Shown here: positions 46,145-56,121 of the stretch, piece after piece
Position numbering within the stretch: position 1 is the first letter of the stretch
How the letters are laid out: every line of letters starts with the position of its first letter
Assembly: GCA_002811645.1 (NCBI GenBank)
Contig: PDIP01000028.1
Location: 194,939 to 258,938, forward strand
From: Corallochytrium limacisporum Hawaii
Lineage: Eukaryota > Protista > Pluriformea
Direction of reading: 5' to 3'
Length of the DNA stretch: 64,000 nt
Program-made: the position numbers and the translations under genes
Notes under the pieces: generated by a model
What the model was told of the DNA's origin: nothing
The model's database searches: none
Seen by the model: the letters and a program-made list of their open reading frames with translations, nothing else

Positions 46145-49100
46145 CGTGCGGAAGATATGGAACTAAATTTCACGAGTCGACGCTCGCGTTGCTCTACGAG
46201 TCATATCGGAAGTCTCATGGCACCCCAAGTTCCCATCCTTATCGAAATCTCAACGGATCAGAAACTCAATTCTTCCATTTAATGCGAGCAGGACTGCGGC
46301 AATTGTACACCAAAATACCCATCGCACACACCAATCGAATACCGTGCCCTGGACCCGTATTTTTTCGCTAGCTTCCCGTCCAAACGCTCTGCCGTGCGCC
46401 GCGGGGGGAGAAACGCGGAAAAGGGCGGCCCAGCGGAGTGCCTTGGTTTCTTCTCTCCCTATACGCGCGTAGTTTGCGCCCCCGGGCCCGGGGAGGAGCG
46501 CCCGCTGCCACTATCCCGCTAGTGGGAATTTCGAGGATACAGTGAATGTATATCAAACTAAGACGAAGTGCCGGGTTCGGCACGGGCTTCAGGGAAGATA
46601 GGCCTTAGGGAGATCCCCATTGATCAACCATGTTCCTTTAGGCTCCTTACCTGCGACCATCCAAGTGTATGAAGTGTCATGCAACGGCATCGTAACGGAT
46701 TGACGGTCTGCAGTCCGAGAGGTTTGAAATGTTCCGCACGAAAAGACAGAAAGCCAAGATGTTGGGCCACTATGTGGTCGACACGCAGGCCGGGGATTCT
46801 TTAATCCCAACAACGAATTCCCTTCCTCCCCGCCGACTCCACTTGAACATTCTTTCATCCGAATGGGAATGAATGTGACGGTGATGGCATGGGGCCCAGT
46901 CAGTCCGATCAAACGCGCAGAGAATACGAAGGCTAGTCGAATCCCACCGCCACGATCTTCCAGGGAGAGGGATGCCCAACATAGAGCACACTGAGGTCCG
47001 AATGTGGCTTTTCTCCTCCTCAACAAGTTGATGCGAAACAGCAGCATCAAAACGCTTGTTGCGGGTACTGGGCTCATCCTCCTTTAAGGTTCTCCGACCA
47101 CATCCCCTAAGGTGCAACTTGAACAAGGTCCCCATCCTTCAACCATGCACACAAACGAAACACAGTCTACTTGCGAAATACTTCCTGACTGGGCCGGGAC
47201 TTAAAGACGAGTGCGAGGGGTGCATGACGTACTTGCTGGCAGCATGCATTGCTTGTTTCGGAGTTCATTTTGAGCCCCTGGTGCTGGTATGCGATAGACT
47301 TATTATTAACACTGTGCCTGGGTAGGTTTTTTCCTTTGCCGGCCAAAGCAATTGGGGATATCAATTTTATCGAGTTGGGGGAAGGTGGAGACCCGGGTGG
47401 GGGTTGGTTGCCAAAAGAGTGAAGCAACACTGGCTGCGAGCGCCGTGTCCCAAACCCTATTGTACGTCTGACGCGTATACAAACTCTATGAGACATTCAT
47501 TCGTACGTGATACCCCCCCCCCGGGAAATCCCCACCAGAACGGCGAAAAAAGTGTGTTGGATCTCGGATTGTTCCCACTCTCCAGCTGGAGGTATTTCTT
47601 ACCCTTCCCCACGGTCGGCGTGTTTCCCTGGGGAGAAACGTTAGATTAAGTTTTGTTTGGTACTCTCGTCACCCACCAAACCTCCCTCCCAGTCCAAGAA
47701 CAACAGGCTGGGTGACAATGCTGTGTACAGATGTATCCACTAAGATATGCATCACCAATGCTTGTGACACATTCCCTTATGTGTTGCTGATGGCATTGCC
47801 CATTTACGTGGCGGAGCTCACATTTAGTGGATGTGAGGTGCTCGTACGTCCCGTCCCTACGAGCCATCAATCCCAAATCGGGGCCAGCAAGATACGGGAG
47901 GTGTGTCTCGCTAGTCCTCACTACCGAAGAGAAGTTGCGCATATGCGACGTGCTATATATCCTTGCTATTGCAGGTGGCTTCTGTGGGTCTTTCGTGTAC
48001 ACATCATTGGCGCCCACATGAAAAAAGCCAAAAAGAATAGTGCTGTACGCTTACTTTTCCTATGTATTCTGAATTTGGGATGTGTCATTTCATTTAAGTA
48101 TTTTTCTTTTTGGACTTTTTGGCACAATGCAGAGAGTTTCATTGCAACATATCGCGGTCGTGGCATTTGCTGGCTACGGGGGGGGTCAACAGTTTTGATC
48201 CCATTGGTCCTGCGCATCATTCCCAGTACATAATGGTAACCAACAGTCGAACTGATTCATGGTCCCATCACCACCCACTGCTATTGGAGGGCGATTGGAA
48301 ACGAAGAAAAGTTCGGCAAGCGGTGCTGGGGGGGGGGATGTTGAAGACCTGTTGGCCCTGGTCTCTATGCATTCGTGGTACCATTGGGAACATACCCGTA
48401 CTTGAACCATGCTGTCTGGATAAGAAAAAAAAATATACGATTTGAAATGGGCGGTAGTGGTGGTGATGGTAAGAGATGTTGCGGGAGGAAGGTTGTCGAG
48501 TGCAGTTGCAGAGACCCGCCTCGTTCTGGGATTCTCTCTTGTTGTTGTTGGCCCAGTGTCCAAGTGCCCACTCTTTAAAACTGAATTCCTTGGATGTGGG
48601 GGTTATCGCCCCGCCCTCCCCCCCCTCCTCCCTTCTGCCAACATACACGGACACAAAGGGAAGCGCAAGTGCGACAAAAAAAGAACCGGACAGGTCTTCA
48701 GTCTGGCCAGACGTGCCACCTCCGTGTTCGGTTAAACCAGTATTAATGGTTCCATTCCGGACCCAGGGACTTGTATAGTTGGAGCGAGGATGGTCATAGA
48801 TAAAACAATGTCAGTGCAAAAACAAAAAAAAAAGGCCAAAGTGCGAAGCATTATCAATGGTGACACCCACTGTGAAGCACCGGGACACATATCCACAGTA
48901 CGGACTGTCAACGAATGTGAGCGATAGTGTCCGGGGCGTCGGTCGTGTGACCGGGTTCTTCTTCTTTTCCTTTCCTTTTTTTGCGTTTTTAGTCTGGCAC
49001 CGAACCGACTCTCAGCCGCCGTGCATGTCTCTCCTGCTCTCGCTTGTGCGTGCCACTCCCCCTCCCCCTCTGTGTACCCTTTGGGTGCGCATTGCCATCT

Positions 49101-50022
49101 CGTGCCCAGCCGGAGACTCGAGAAACAAAGTGCCCGGTCGGTCATCTCGGCTGATCGAGAAATGTTTATACGCCGCCCACCGTGGTAAGCGGCAAGACAG
49201 GCGGGGAGAATTCCCGCTCCCCTTACTCAGACCCCTCCCCCTTCCCGGGCGGGTTCCACACTTCGCTCTTGAGGCCGGTTCATATCGAAAAGCAAGAGGG
49301 CCCGAAAGAAAAAGGGCGGGCTCGAGGTGGGAAGCAGGGGGGCTGCGGTGGCTGCGGGCGAACGTGGTTGTGGTATGAGTTTGTTCCACGCTTATATATA
49401 TGCACAACACACCACCCCCCCGGGGGGGGGGTGTGGAGTCGAGGAGCCAAGCCGTATACGGACGAAGGCCCCCCGGGGGGGGGTGTGTGTGTGTGTGTTT
49501 GGACGAGCGAAATTCTTCAGTGTGTGACAAAGAAGAACACTGTCCCCGTGAGGTGCAGATCGCTAGTATTGGAACTTACCGCACAGAAGAGATAGAAAGG
49601 GTTCCTTCGACAAAAAAAATCAGTTTATCAGCCGCTGTCGTCTGCTGGTCCACCCATCCGCTTTCTTTCTTCCTCGTCGGCAGTGCTGGTAGGCTGTGTG
49701 GGGGTGTGTGTCCTTTGTTGAGAACTTCACTATTCATCGTCGAGGGTGGTGTCGGTGGCTGATGCTGCAATTGATAACAAGAACAGTCACGTAAACTGAA
49801 CAAGCAGAAGAAACGTCGGCCCACCAAGAAGGTATGAGACGTTGCGCTGGCTCTGGGATCAAAACTTAGCTCCTTGACCATACTCTATTCGGAAACAATG
49901 GCCAAAATAGAAACTCGTATGCGAGTACATTAGATGTGGACTAAGAAGAAAGTCAGCAAATCGCTGGTCTATTCCTGAATACACTATTCACAGATCAACA
50001 AAAGTCACGAGCTAGCACCAAA

Positions 50023-52506
50023 ATGGGCAACGAAAGCTCAAAGGCTGCAAGACAAGGTCTTGACGCCATGGCCAGGGAGGATGCCCGAAAGGGACACCAG
50101 GCACATAGACGTCCGACCGCACCTGAAACCAAAGAGAGCCGCCAAAGCAAGGAGACCAATGGACATGGATCAATTTCTGCTGGTAGAACTGGGCCGGGCA
50201 ATGGCAGTGTGAGCATGTCTCCACCCATGAACAGGATGGACTCTGCACAGACCGATTCCCTGGCCGAAAACTACTTTGACGAGTTGGAGCTGAAGTGGAT
50301 TAAAACCGTCTTCAAGGATCTTGCCAAGCGCTCTCCAAGTAAGACCATGGACAAAGAAACGTTCCTGCAGTACATGCACCTTCCAGGCATGCTTGGTGAG
50401 CGCCTGTTCGCAGTCTTCGACACGAAGAAAGATGGCGTCATCCACATGACTGAATTTATCGCCGGGCTGGCCGTGATCACGAAGGGATCTTCGGAAGAAA
50501 AGATTGAGTTTATCTATGAAATGTTCAACCTCGCCGGAGACGAAGGTGTTAGTAAGGAAGAACTGAGCACCGCTCTGAACTCTGTAGCCCAGTCCACATG
50601 GTCCGTGATGGGCGTAGTACGTGGCAAACGCAGGGGCTCACAGAATCTGCTCGACATAGATGATGATCACGATGCTTCCCCGGAGAACCTGCGGGAGGCC
50701 CAGCGCATCCGCGAACACGTCGATTCGCTTGTCGATCACGCGTTTGAGTCCTGCGACCTGAATAACAGCGGCAAGCTGGAACCGGAGCAGTTCAAGATGT
50801 TCCTCAGGCAAAATCCTAATATTATTGACCTCATCTTTGAAGATGAAAACTTCAAGAAACACTTGGACGAAATGGAACGGAATCGGCAGGTTGGTGGACT
50901 GCGTCTGGCACGCCAGAGCCAAACCGGTCGCATTGACGTGGACATGGCGGGCTGGTTATATCGCCCCACCCGGAATGCGATCAAGTACCCCAGTGGCTTT
51001 GAACCACGTCTCTATGTTCTGGTGGATAATTATCTCTACTACTTCAGTGTATCCTCCGAAAAGCAGACTGCGCCCCTGGAACAACTCCTGGAACGGCAGC
51101 CCGACGGTAATTTGTTCATTGGCGGCTGCTATGTAAGCTATTACCGTGGTCGCATCCCCAAACCGAATCGGGTAGTCAAGTCTCTGAACAAGAAATTTGG
51201 CCGAGGGTCCAACGGTCGGCTCCATGAAATCATTCGCGAAGATGGCACGGCCATCAATTCACAGATCAAACAGGGAGTCACGTCTCTCAGCATCAGCGGG
51301 CTGAGTCTGGACAGCGACCTTGAAGGCAGCGATCGGGACTCGCTCAACGAAGGCTCGGGCACGGACACACCGCGTGGCACGATGACGGGAGTAATGTACG
51401 ACACTCCACCCGGCACTCCCGGAGCTGGAGACAGCGATAGAGATAGCCCACCCGGTAGCGATGGTGGCGGAGATGGTGGCGGAGTAAGTAGCCGCTCCAT
51501 GCCGTCCGCTGGCCAATTAGCTGCAAAGGTTGGTAATCTAACTTTTAGCACCGCAGACGACCCTATCTGCACCCGCCACGAGGGCCAGGATTTGTACGGC
51601 ATCAGCATTAAGTGGCCTAAGTACGAGTACGTCATTTACTCTGACGACCATGATATTGCCAAGGGATTCTATGTCGCGCTGCGCAAGGCTGCCAAGGTAC
51701 GTGACGTTGAACACTTCTTTGACATTGACTACAAGGCAGAATTGGGCTCTGGCGGCTTTGCCACTGTGTACGTGTGCACAAGCAAGGCCAACGGCAAGCC
51801 GTACGCGTGCAAGGTCATCCCCAAGGCTGGCATGCTGGAGGAAGAGAGGCAGGGCATTATGGCTGAGATTGCCGTGCTTCGAGTCACCAGACATCCCCAC
51901 ATTGTCGGTTTCAAGGGCATATTCGACACGCCCAAGAAATACTTCTTGATAATGGAGTTGTGTCGTGGTGGAGAATTGTATGATCGCATCGCCAAACAAG
52001 CCTACAAGGAACCGGAAGCGGCGACGCTATTTGCCCAAATGGCTGAGGCCATTGACTACCTGCATGGACTAGGCATTGTCCACCGTGACCTAAAGCCATC
52101 GAATATTTTGTTCTCGGATGACGGAATGCTCAAGCTGGCAGACTTTGGTTTCTCCAAGTTTGCTGCCCCCACGGACACTATGGAAGGGCCAGCGGGAACC
52201 ATTCTGTATTACGCTCCTGAAGTCTGCAACGGTGAGAGCTACACGAGGGCTGTGGATATTTGGTCCCTTGGTGTCATTCTGTACTGTATGGTCACGGGCA
52301 TCTACCCATTCCGGGGCAAGACCGATCCCGAGATTATGCACAACATTACCAAAGGAGACTACAATCGGACAAGCAAGCGATATGTTCCTTTGACTGAGGA
52401 AGTCAAGGATCTGATCGACAAGATGCTGCAGGTGGAGCCAAGCAAGAGGTTGCCTCTCAAGGAAGTTGCGAAGCATCCCTGGATCGCACACAATGTACCT
52501 ACTTAA
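50023..52506 (+). CDS. CDPK7-like kinase: N-myristoylation site, EF-hands, split PH domain and a CAMK-group kinase domain
   Basis: MGNESSK; MDKETFLQY..LPGMLGERLFAVFDTKKDGVI; DLNNSGKLEPEQF; PH halves (MAGWLY..RLYVLVDNYLYYF..PDG.LFIGGC and LYGISI..YVIYSDD......FYVALRKA); kinase motifs GSGGFATV, YACKVI, HRDLKPSN, DFG, APE. Confidence 0.85.
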   Translation: MGNESSKAARQGLDAMAREDARKGHQAHRRPTAPETKESRQSKETNGHGSISAGRTGPGNGSVSMSPPMNRMDSAQTDSLAENYFDELELKWIKTVFKDLAKRSPSKTMDKETFLQYMHLPGMLGERLFAVFDTKKDGVIHMTEFIAGLAVITKGSSEEKIEFIYEMFNLAGDEGVSKEELSTALNSVAQSTWSVMGVVRGKRRGSQNLLDIDDDHDASPENLREAQRIREHVDSLVDHAFESCDLNNSGKLEPEQFKMFLRQNPNIIDLIFEDENFKKHLDEMERNRQVGGLRLARQSQTGRIDVDMAGWLYRPTRNAIKYPSGFEPRLYVLVDNYLYYFSVSSEKQTAPLEQLLERQPDGNLFIGGCYVSYYRGRIPKPNRVVKSLNKKFGRGSNGRLHEIIREDGTAINSQIKQGVTSLSISGLSLDSDLEGSDRDSLNEGSGTDTPRGTMTGVMYDTPPGTPGAGDSDRDSPPGSDGGGDGGGVSSRSMPSAGQLAAKVGNLTFSTADDPICTRHEGQDLYGISIKWPKYEYVIYSDDHDIAKGFYVALRKAAKVRDVEHFFDIDYKAELGSGGFATVYVCTSKANGKPYACKVIPKAGMLEEERQGIMAEIAVLRVTRHPHIVGFKGIFDTPKKYFLIMELCRGGELYDRIAKQAYKEPEAATLFAQMAEAIDYLHGLGIVHRDLKPSNILFSDDGMLKLADFGFSKFAAPTDTMEGPAGTILYYAPEVCNGESYTRAVDIWSLGVILYCMVTGIYPFRGKTDPEIMHNITKGDYNRTSKRYVPLTEEVKDLIDKMLQVEPSKRLPLKEVAKHPWIAHNVPT

Positions 52507-53106
52507 ACGCTCCTGCCTGAATGACACCCCCCGCAATCAAATTCAACATCTGCAATTCCTTTGTAACCATCATCATCATCATCATTACTATTACAATTAC
52601 CATTACTGTGTGACAACGCTTCGTGTGGGTCCAAGTACATTCTCTTTTCTGTTAACAATATCAACCGCCATGCTTCGCTCAAACAAGAGTTCATGCGAAT
52701 TGCTGATTTGCAGATCAGAGGAAGGTGGGAGGATGGTAAGGCGATATACCCTACCATGAACCTCTACCTTAGACCATACAGTTGTTTGACTCAGAGCATT
52801 CAGGGCTGTGCGGGCGTTGTCGTAGTCGCAAGGGAAGTGTCAGTCATGTGATTCTTCACTGTTCTTTACTAAATTTAATTCTCTTTCTCACATCACCAGT
52901 GTCGCTGTTACCAACGTCACTGCTTCTTTAAAACATTTTTCATGGCTGTACGGCTGTGCTCTTCGCAGGGTGAAAGGTGGCAAGCCCATCACACACTTCC
53001 CTCATCTTTGCCTCACGTACATAGCATCTTGAGGACCTTCGTGCACAGCCAGTGTGACCGGGTTACCAAAGTGTAGCATCCTACATTGGTGCATCATCCT
53101 CGGTAC

Positions 53107-56100
53107 CTAATGCCCTCTCGATTCCTCTTTCTCGTCCTCATCAGAGGACGTGTGCTGATGATGGGCGTTCGGAACGCTTTCTCCTTCGTCTTCATGGTTG
53201 ATCGAGGAAGACTCCAGAGTCCGGTTCCCCGCAGACAGGTGCCTAGCAGCCAGGTACCTAGCAGCCATCCCATCTGAGTAAGACACCGAATTACTGTCCA
53301 TTCCATCAAAGTCAGACACCGAGCTCAGATCCTTAACAAGCATGTCATCACCGTACCTATGGGCGCTACTCTGTGCGTTTGCGTCATCCACAGCAAGATG
53401 ACCACCTTGCATGCCACTAAATGCAGCCACCAGTTCAATTTCGTCTGCTACTGACGAGTTACGCATTCCGCTATGCTCTTGATGATCAAGCATTGTTTGT
53501 CGTCGCCAATGAGGAATCCTACCAACTGGTGTGAAATCAGCTTCTCCGATCAATAGGGGAAATGCATAGTCGTTCCACAGATTTCCGTCCAACACATGAA
53601 TCGCATGGTCAGGTGTACCAATTTCGGCCCGCACGGGCTGTCCGTCATCAAGTTCGTCCGACCTGGGTGCTCCATTATTATCCGTGATAGTCTCGTCCGA
53701 TAAGAAATCTCCATCATCATTTACGTTAGCTTCACCAGCCATGGATTCTCCGGCATCCATTTCGGCAACCATGGGCTCTTTGGCATCCTTTTCGGCTTCC
53801 ATGGACTCTTCGGCATCACTTTCGGGAACCATAGATTCTCCAGCATCCATTTCGGAAACCATGGCCTCTCTATCATCATCCGTATCAACCTCCCCGGACA
53901 CGGGTTCTCCATCATTAGTTTCGCCAAACATGAACCTGAACACGAGTTCTTCATTGTTCCTTTTCTGGTCCTCTGTGAGCAGCCACAGAACCGGCTTCCA
54001 AAAGCCCACGGGCCATGACGTTCGGTGGAATCGAGGTGGCACACCATATTCAATCATGCCTTGCTGAGTGATTGAGATCTTGGTGTTGATGTCCCGATCT
54101 GAAGCAACGTCGACCCTTTCCTGCAAGACCTCATGTGCTTCAGACGTTTGCTTGTCTCCGGCCTGGGACTCGTCCAGCGCATTTTCCTGAGGCCACACAC
54201 TCTGCTCATGGATCTCAAAAGATGAACTTGCCCGAATCTTCGGCGATGATTGTGCGTTGAGCTCAAGTGGTTCGAAATCAGTCTCAGTGAACATCTCAGT
54301 ATCAGGTAGAAGTGGTTGCTTGCTCTCGCCTTCGAATAGGTGCTTCCGATTGCTTCCAGAGTCCATCGTGTTACCTACCTCTGTCTCAGACACTAGCCTT
54401 TCGGAAAGAAGGTCCGTGTCGATATTGGCGGCTAAGATCTTATCATCATTGGAGACTGTGATCCACTCCGTGCCATAAAGCTGGTGCCCATCACTGTGGC
54501 GTGTGGCCCTCCTAATTGTCCCTTTGAGGGAACCACAATCAGTCCATGGAATTGGCTCCGAGTGTCTGTTTAGAAGGGGGAGTCTTCCAGTCTGTACACG
54601 GGACCCTGGGTCATCATCAGACATCTGCGCAGACTGAGTCGAGCTTGATGCGGTCTCCGCATGCGCAATAGAGCACGCTTCGTCGATGAAGTCTTTCACA
54701 CCTGCTACAAGTAGGTCATTGAAGACAGGCTCTTCTATTGTGCTCTCAACAGTCACACGACACCTTTCTAGTAGTGAAGCCAAAACCAACGGTTCCAAGC
54801 CACAGCGCAACGTTAGTATTTCCGGCTGACTATCGCCGTGAACCTCAATGTGGTCATTACCGAAACCCTGGTCATGCCTATTGTCACGTTGATCATCCTT
54901 TTGCTCCTCATTTTCTTCATATTCAAAGTATGGCACAGGGGACACTTGACTTCCAATAGAGACCACCGGCCGGTACCTCAGTGACTGATAGCGTTCTTTT
55001 GCCACGTGGATCTTGGATATGTTGCCCTCACGGTTTACGATCCAGACTTGGTCAGCTTCCTGTGGAATTCTTGAGTGGCCTCCAATGGAGTCAATGCCTG
55101 GCATCTTGTCATGATTCCCATCCTTCTTTGAGTGCAGCACAGCAACGATTGAGACAGACCGAGATCCGGTCAGACATCGCAAATACTCCATGTCCCTGGT
55201 CATCACATCCCAGATTCCTACACCCGGATGCTCAGCCACACTAAGCATATAGTTCATGTTGTCTAAAACGATGTGTCGTAGATTCTTGTGCTGGACCCGT
55301 GCCAACTGGTACGACCGAAGAATGGTATCCGTGCGCATGCGTTTGAGTTGGTCCGTTTTGGATTGAGCATAGCCAACGATGTCCACGTATTTTGAGGAGT
55401 GGGGACCAACTGTCAGTCCTCCAAAGCTCGCCATCCGCGCATGCATGTCCGCAACTGTCAATTCAAAACTAGCGTAGTGAACAGACTGGTAGAGTGCTAC
55501 ATGAGAGTAGATTTTTTGGAGCACCAGTGTCTTACCTTGACCTGTCTTACCACTCATTAGAGTGAGAGTGTTGCGTGCACCGTGGATAAGTCTTCCAAGA
55601 TCCGGAGTTCCTGACAACTTGCCTCGCCCACGCATCGTCCGACACATAGGCTTGAGAAGATTCTGGGTTTCCATTAGTCCGTCGGACGTGTCGGATTTGT
55701 CGTCTGAAGGGGTCTCGTATGCCCTATAGGTGCCACTTTCTTTGGCTGTTCCCATTGAACGCCTTTGGACCCATGTACCAGACAGGGAAACCGTTGAGAA
55801 GCGACTATGGTCTTGACTTGTGTTAGGTGTGTTTGAGCACTGTTTCTTCCACCTCCGAACATGATTGCTTGATTTTCCTCTATATGAAACCGAGTTATGG
55901 ACTATAGCATGGTGACCTTTGAAGATTGAACTACGAGACACGGGCATACATTGCCCAAGATGCTTAACCGACCGAGAATGTAATCGTTCCTGGACAGCAT
56001 TACTTAACGCACTCGGCTCTATACATGCTTCATTGTAGATTGATATCTTGTTTTGGCTCGCGAATGTCGCCGTACGCGGGCTCCGTCTAGCGTACCCGGC

Positions 56101-56121
56101 GCACCGCACTAGGAGCAGCAT
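53107..56121 (-). CDS. Divergent Twinkle-like SF4 helicase (helicase domain only) with a probable mitochondrial presequence and a long acidic tail
   Basis: H1 GARNTLTLMSGKTGQGKT, H1a ASFE, H2 HIVLDNMNYML, H3 VAVLHSKK, H4 SIGG.SRIPQEADQV and KERY at the Arg-finger position. The N-terminus is R/S-rich. Confidence 0.75.
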   Translation of the reverse strand: MLLLVRCAGYARRSPRTATFASQNKISIYNEACIEPSALSNAVQERLHSRSVKHLGQCMPVSRSSIFKGHHAIVHNSVSYRGKSSNHVRRWKKQCSNTPNTSQDHSRFSTVSLSGTWVQRRSMGTAKESGTYRAYETPSDDKSDTSDGLMETQNLLKPMCRTMRGRGKLSGTPDLGRLIHGARNTLTLMSGKTGQGKTLVLQKIYSHVALYQSVHYASFELTVADMHARMASFGGLTVGPHSSKYVDIVGYAQSKTDQLKRMRTDTILRSYQLARVQHKNLRHIVLDNMNYMLSVAEHPGVGIWDVMTRDMEYLRCLTGSRSVSIVAVLHSKKDGNHDKMPGIDSIGGHSRIPQEADQVWIVNREGNISKIHVAKERYQSLRYRPVVSIGSQVSPVPYFEYEENEEQKDDQRDNRHDQGFGNDHIEVHGDSQPEILTLRCGLEPLVLASLLERCRVTVESTIEEPVFNDLLVAGVKDFIDEACSIAHAETASSSTQSAQMSDDDPGSRVQTGRLPLLNRHSEPIPWTDCGSLKGTIRRATRHSDGHQLYGTEWITVSNDDKILAANIDTDLLSERLVSETEVGNTMDSGSNRKHLFEGESKQPLLPDTEMFTETDFEPLELNAQSSPKIRASSSFEIHEQSVWPQENALDESQAGDKQTSEAHEVLQERVDVASDRDINTKISITQQGMIEYGVPPRFHRTSWPVGFWKPVLWLLTEDQKRNNEELVFRFMFGETNDGEPVSGEVDTDDDREAMVSEMDAGESMVPESDAEESMEAEKDAKEPMVAEMDAGESMAGEANVNDDGDFLSDETITDNNGAPRSDELDDGQPVRAEIGTPDHAIHVLDGNLWNDYAFPLLIGEADFTPVGRIPHWRRQTMLDHQEHSGMRNSSVADEIELVAAFSGMQGGHLAVDDANAQSSAHRYGDDMLVKDLSSVSDFDGMDSNSVSYSDGMAARYLAARHLSAGNRTLESSSINHEDEGESVPNAHHQHTSSDEDEKEESRGH
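53739..53877. repeat. Coding 30-bp tandem repeat (~4.5 copies) encoding E(A/S/P)MxxExDAx
   Basis: Units start at 53741, 53771, 53801, 53831 and 53861 (partial). Confidence 0.9.

Noticed and set aside
46560-48300. Unique-sequence spacer with mid-sized ORFs, possibly more pseudogenes (similarly 56200-57900)
   Set aside because: I could not recognise any family in any frame; blastx would be needed.
53739-53877. 30-bp repeats as a CRISPR-like array
   Set aside because: In-frame, degenerate coding tandem repeat with no spacers and no cas genes, in a eukaryotic context.
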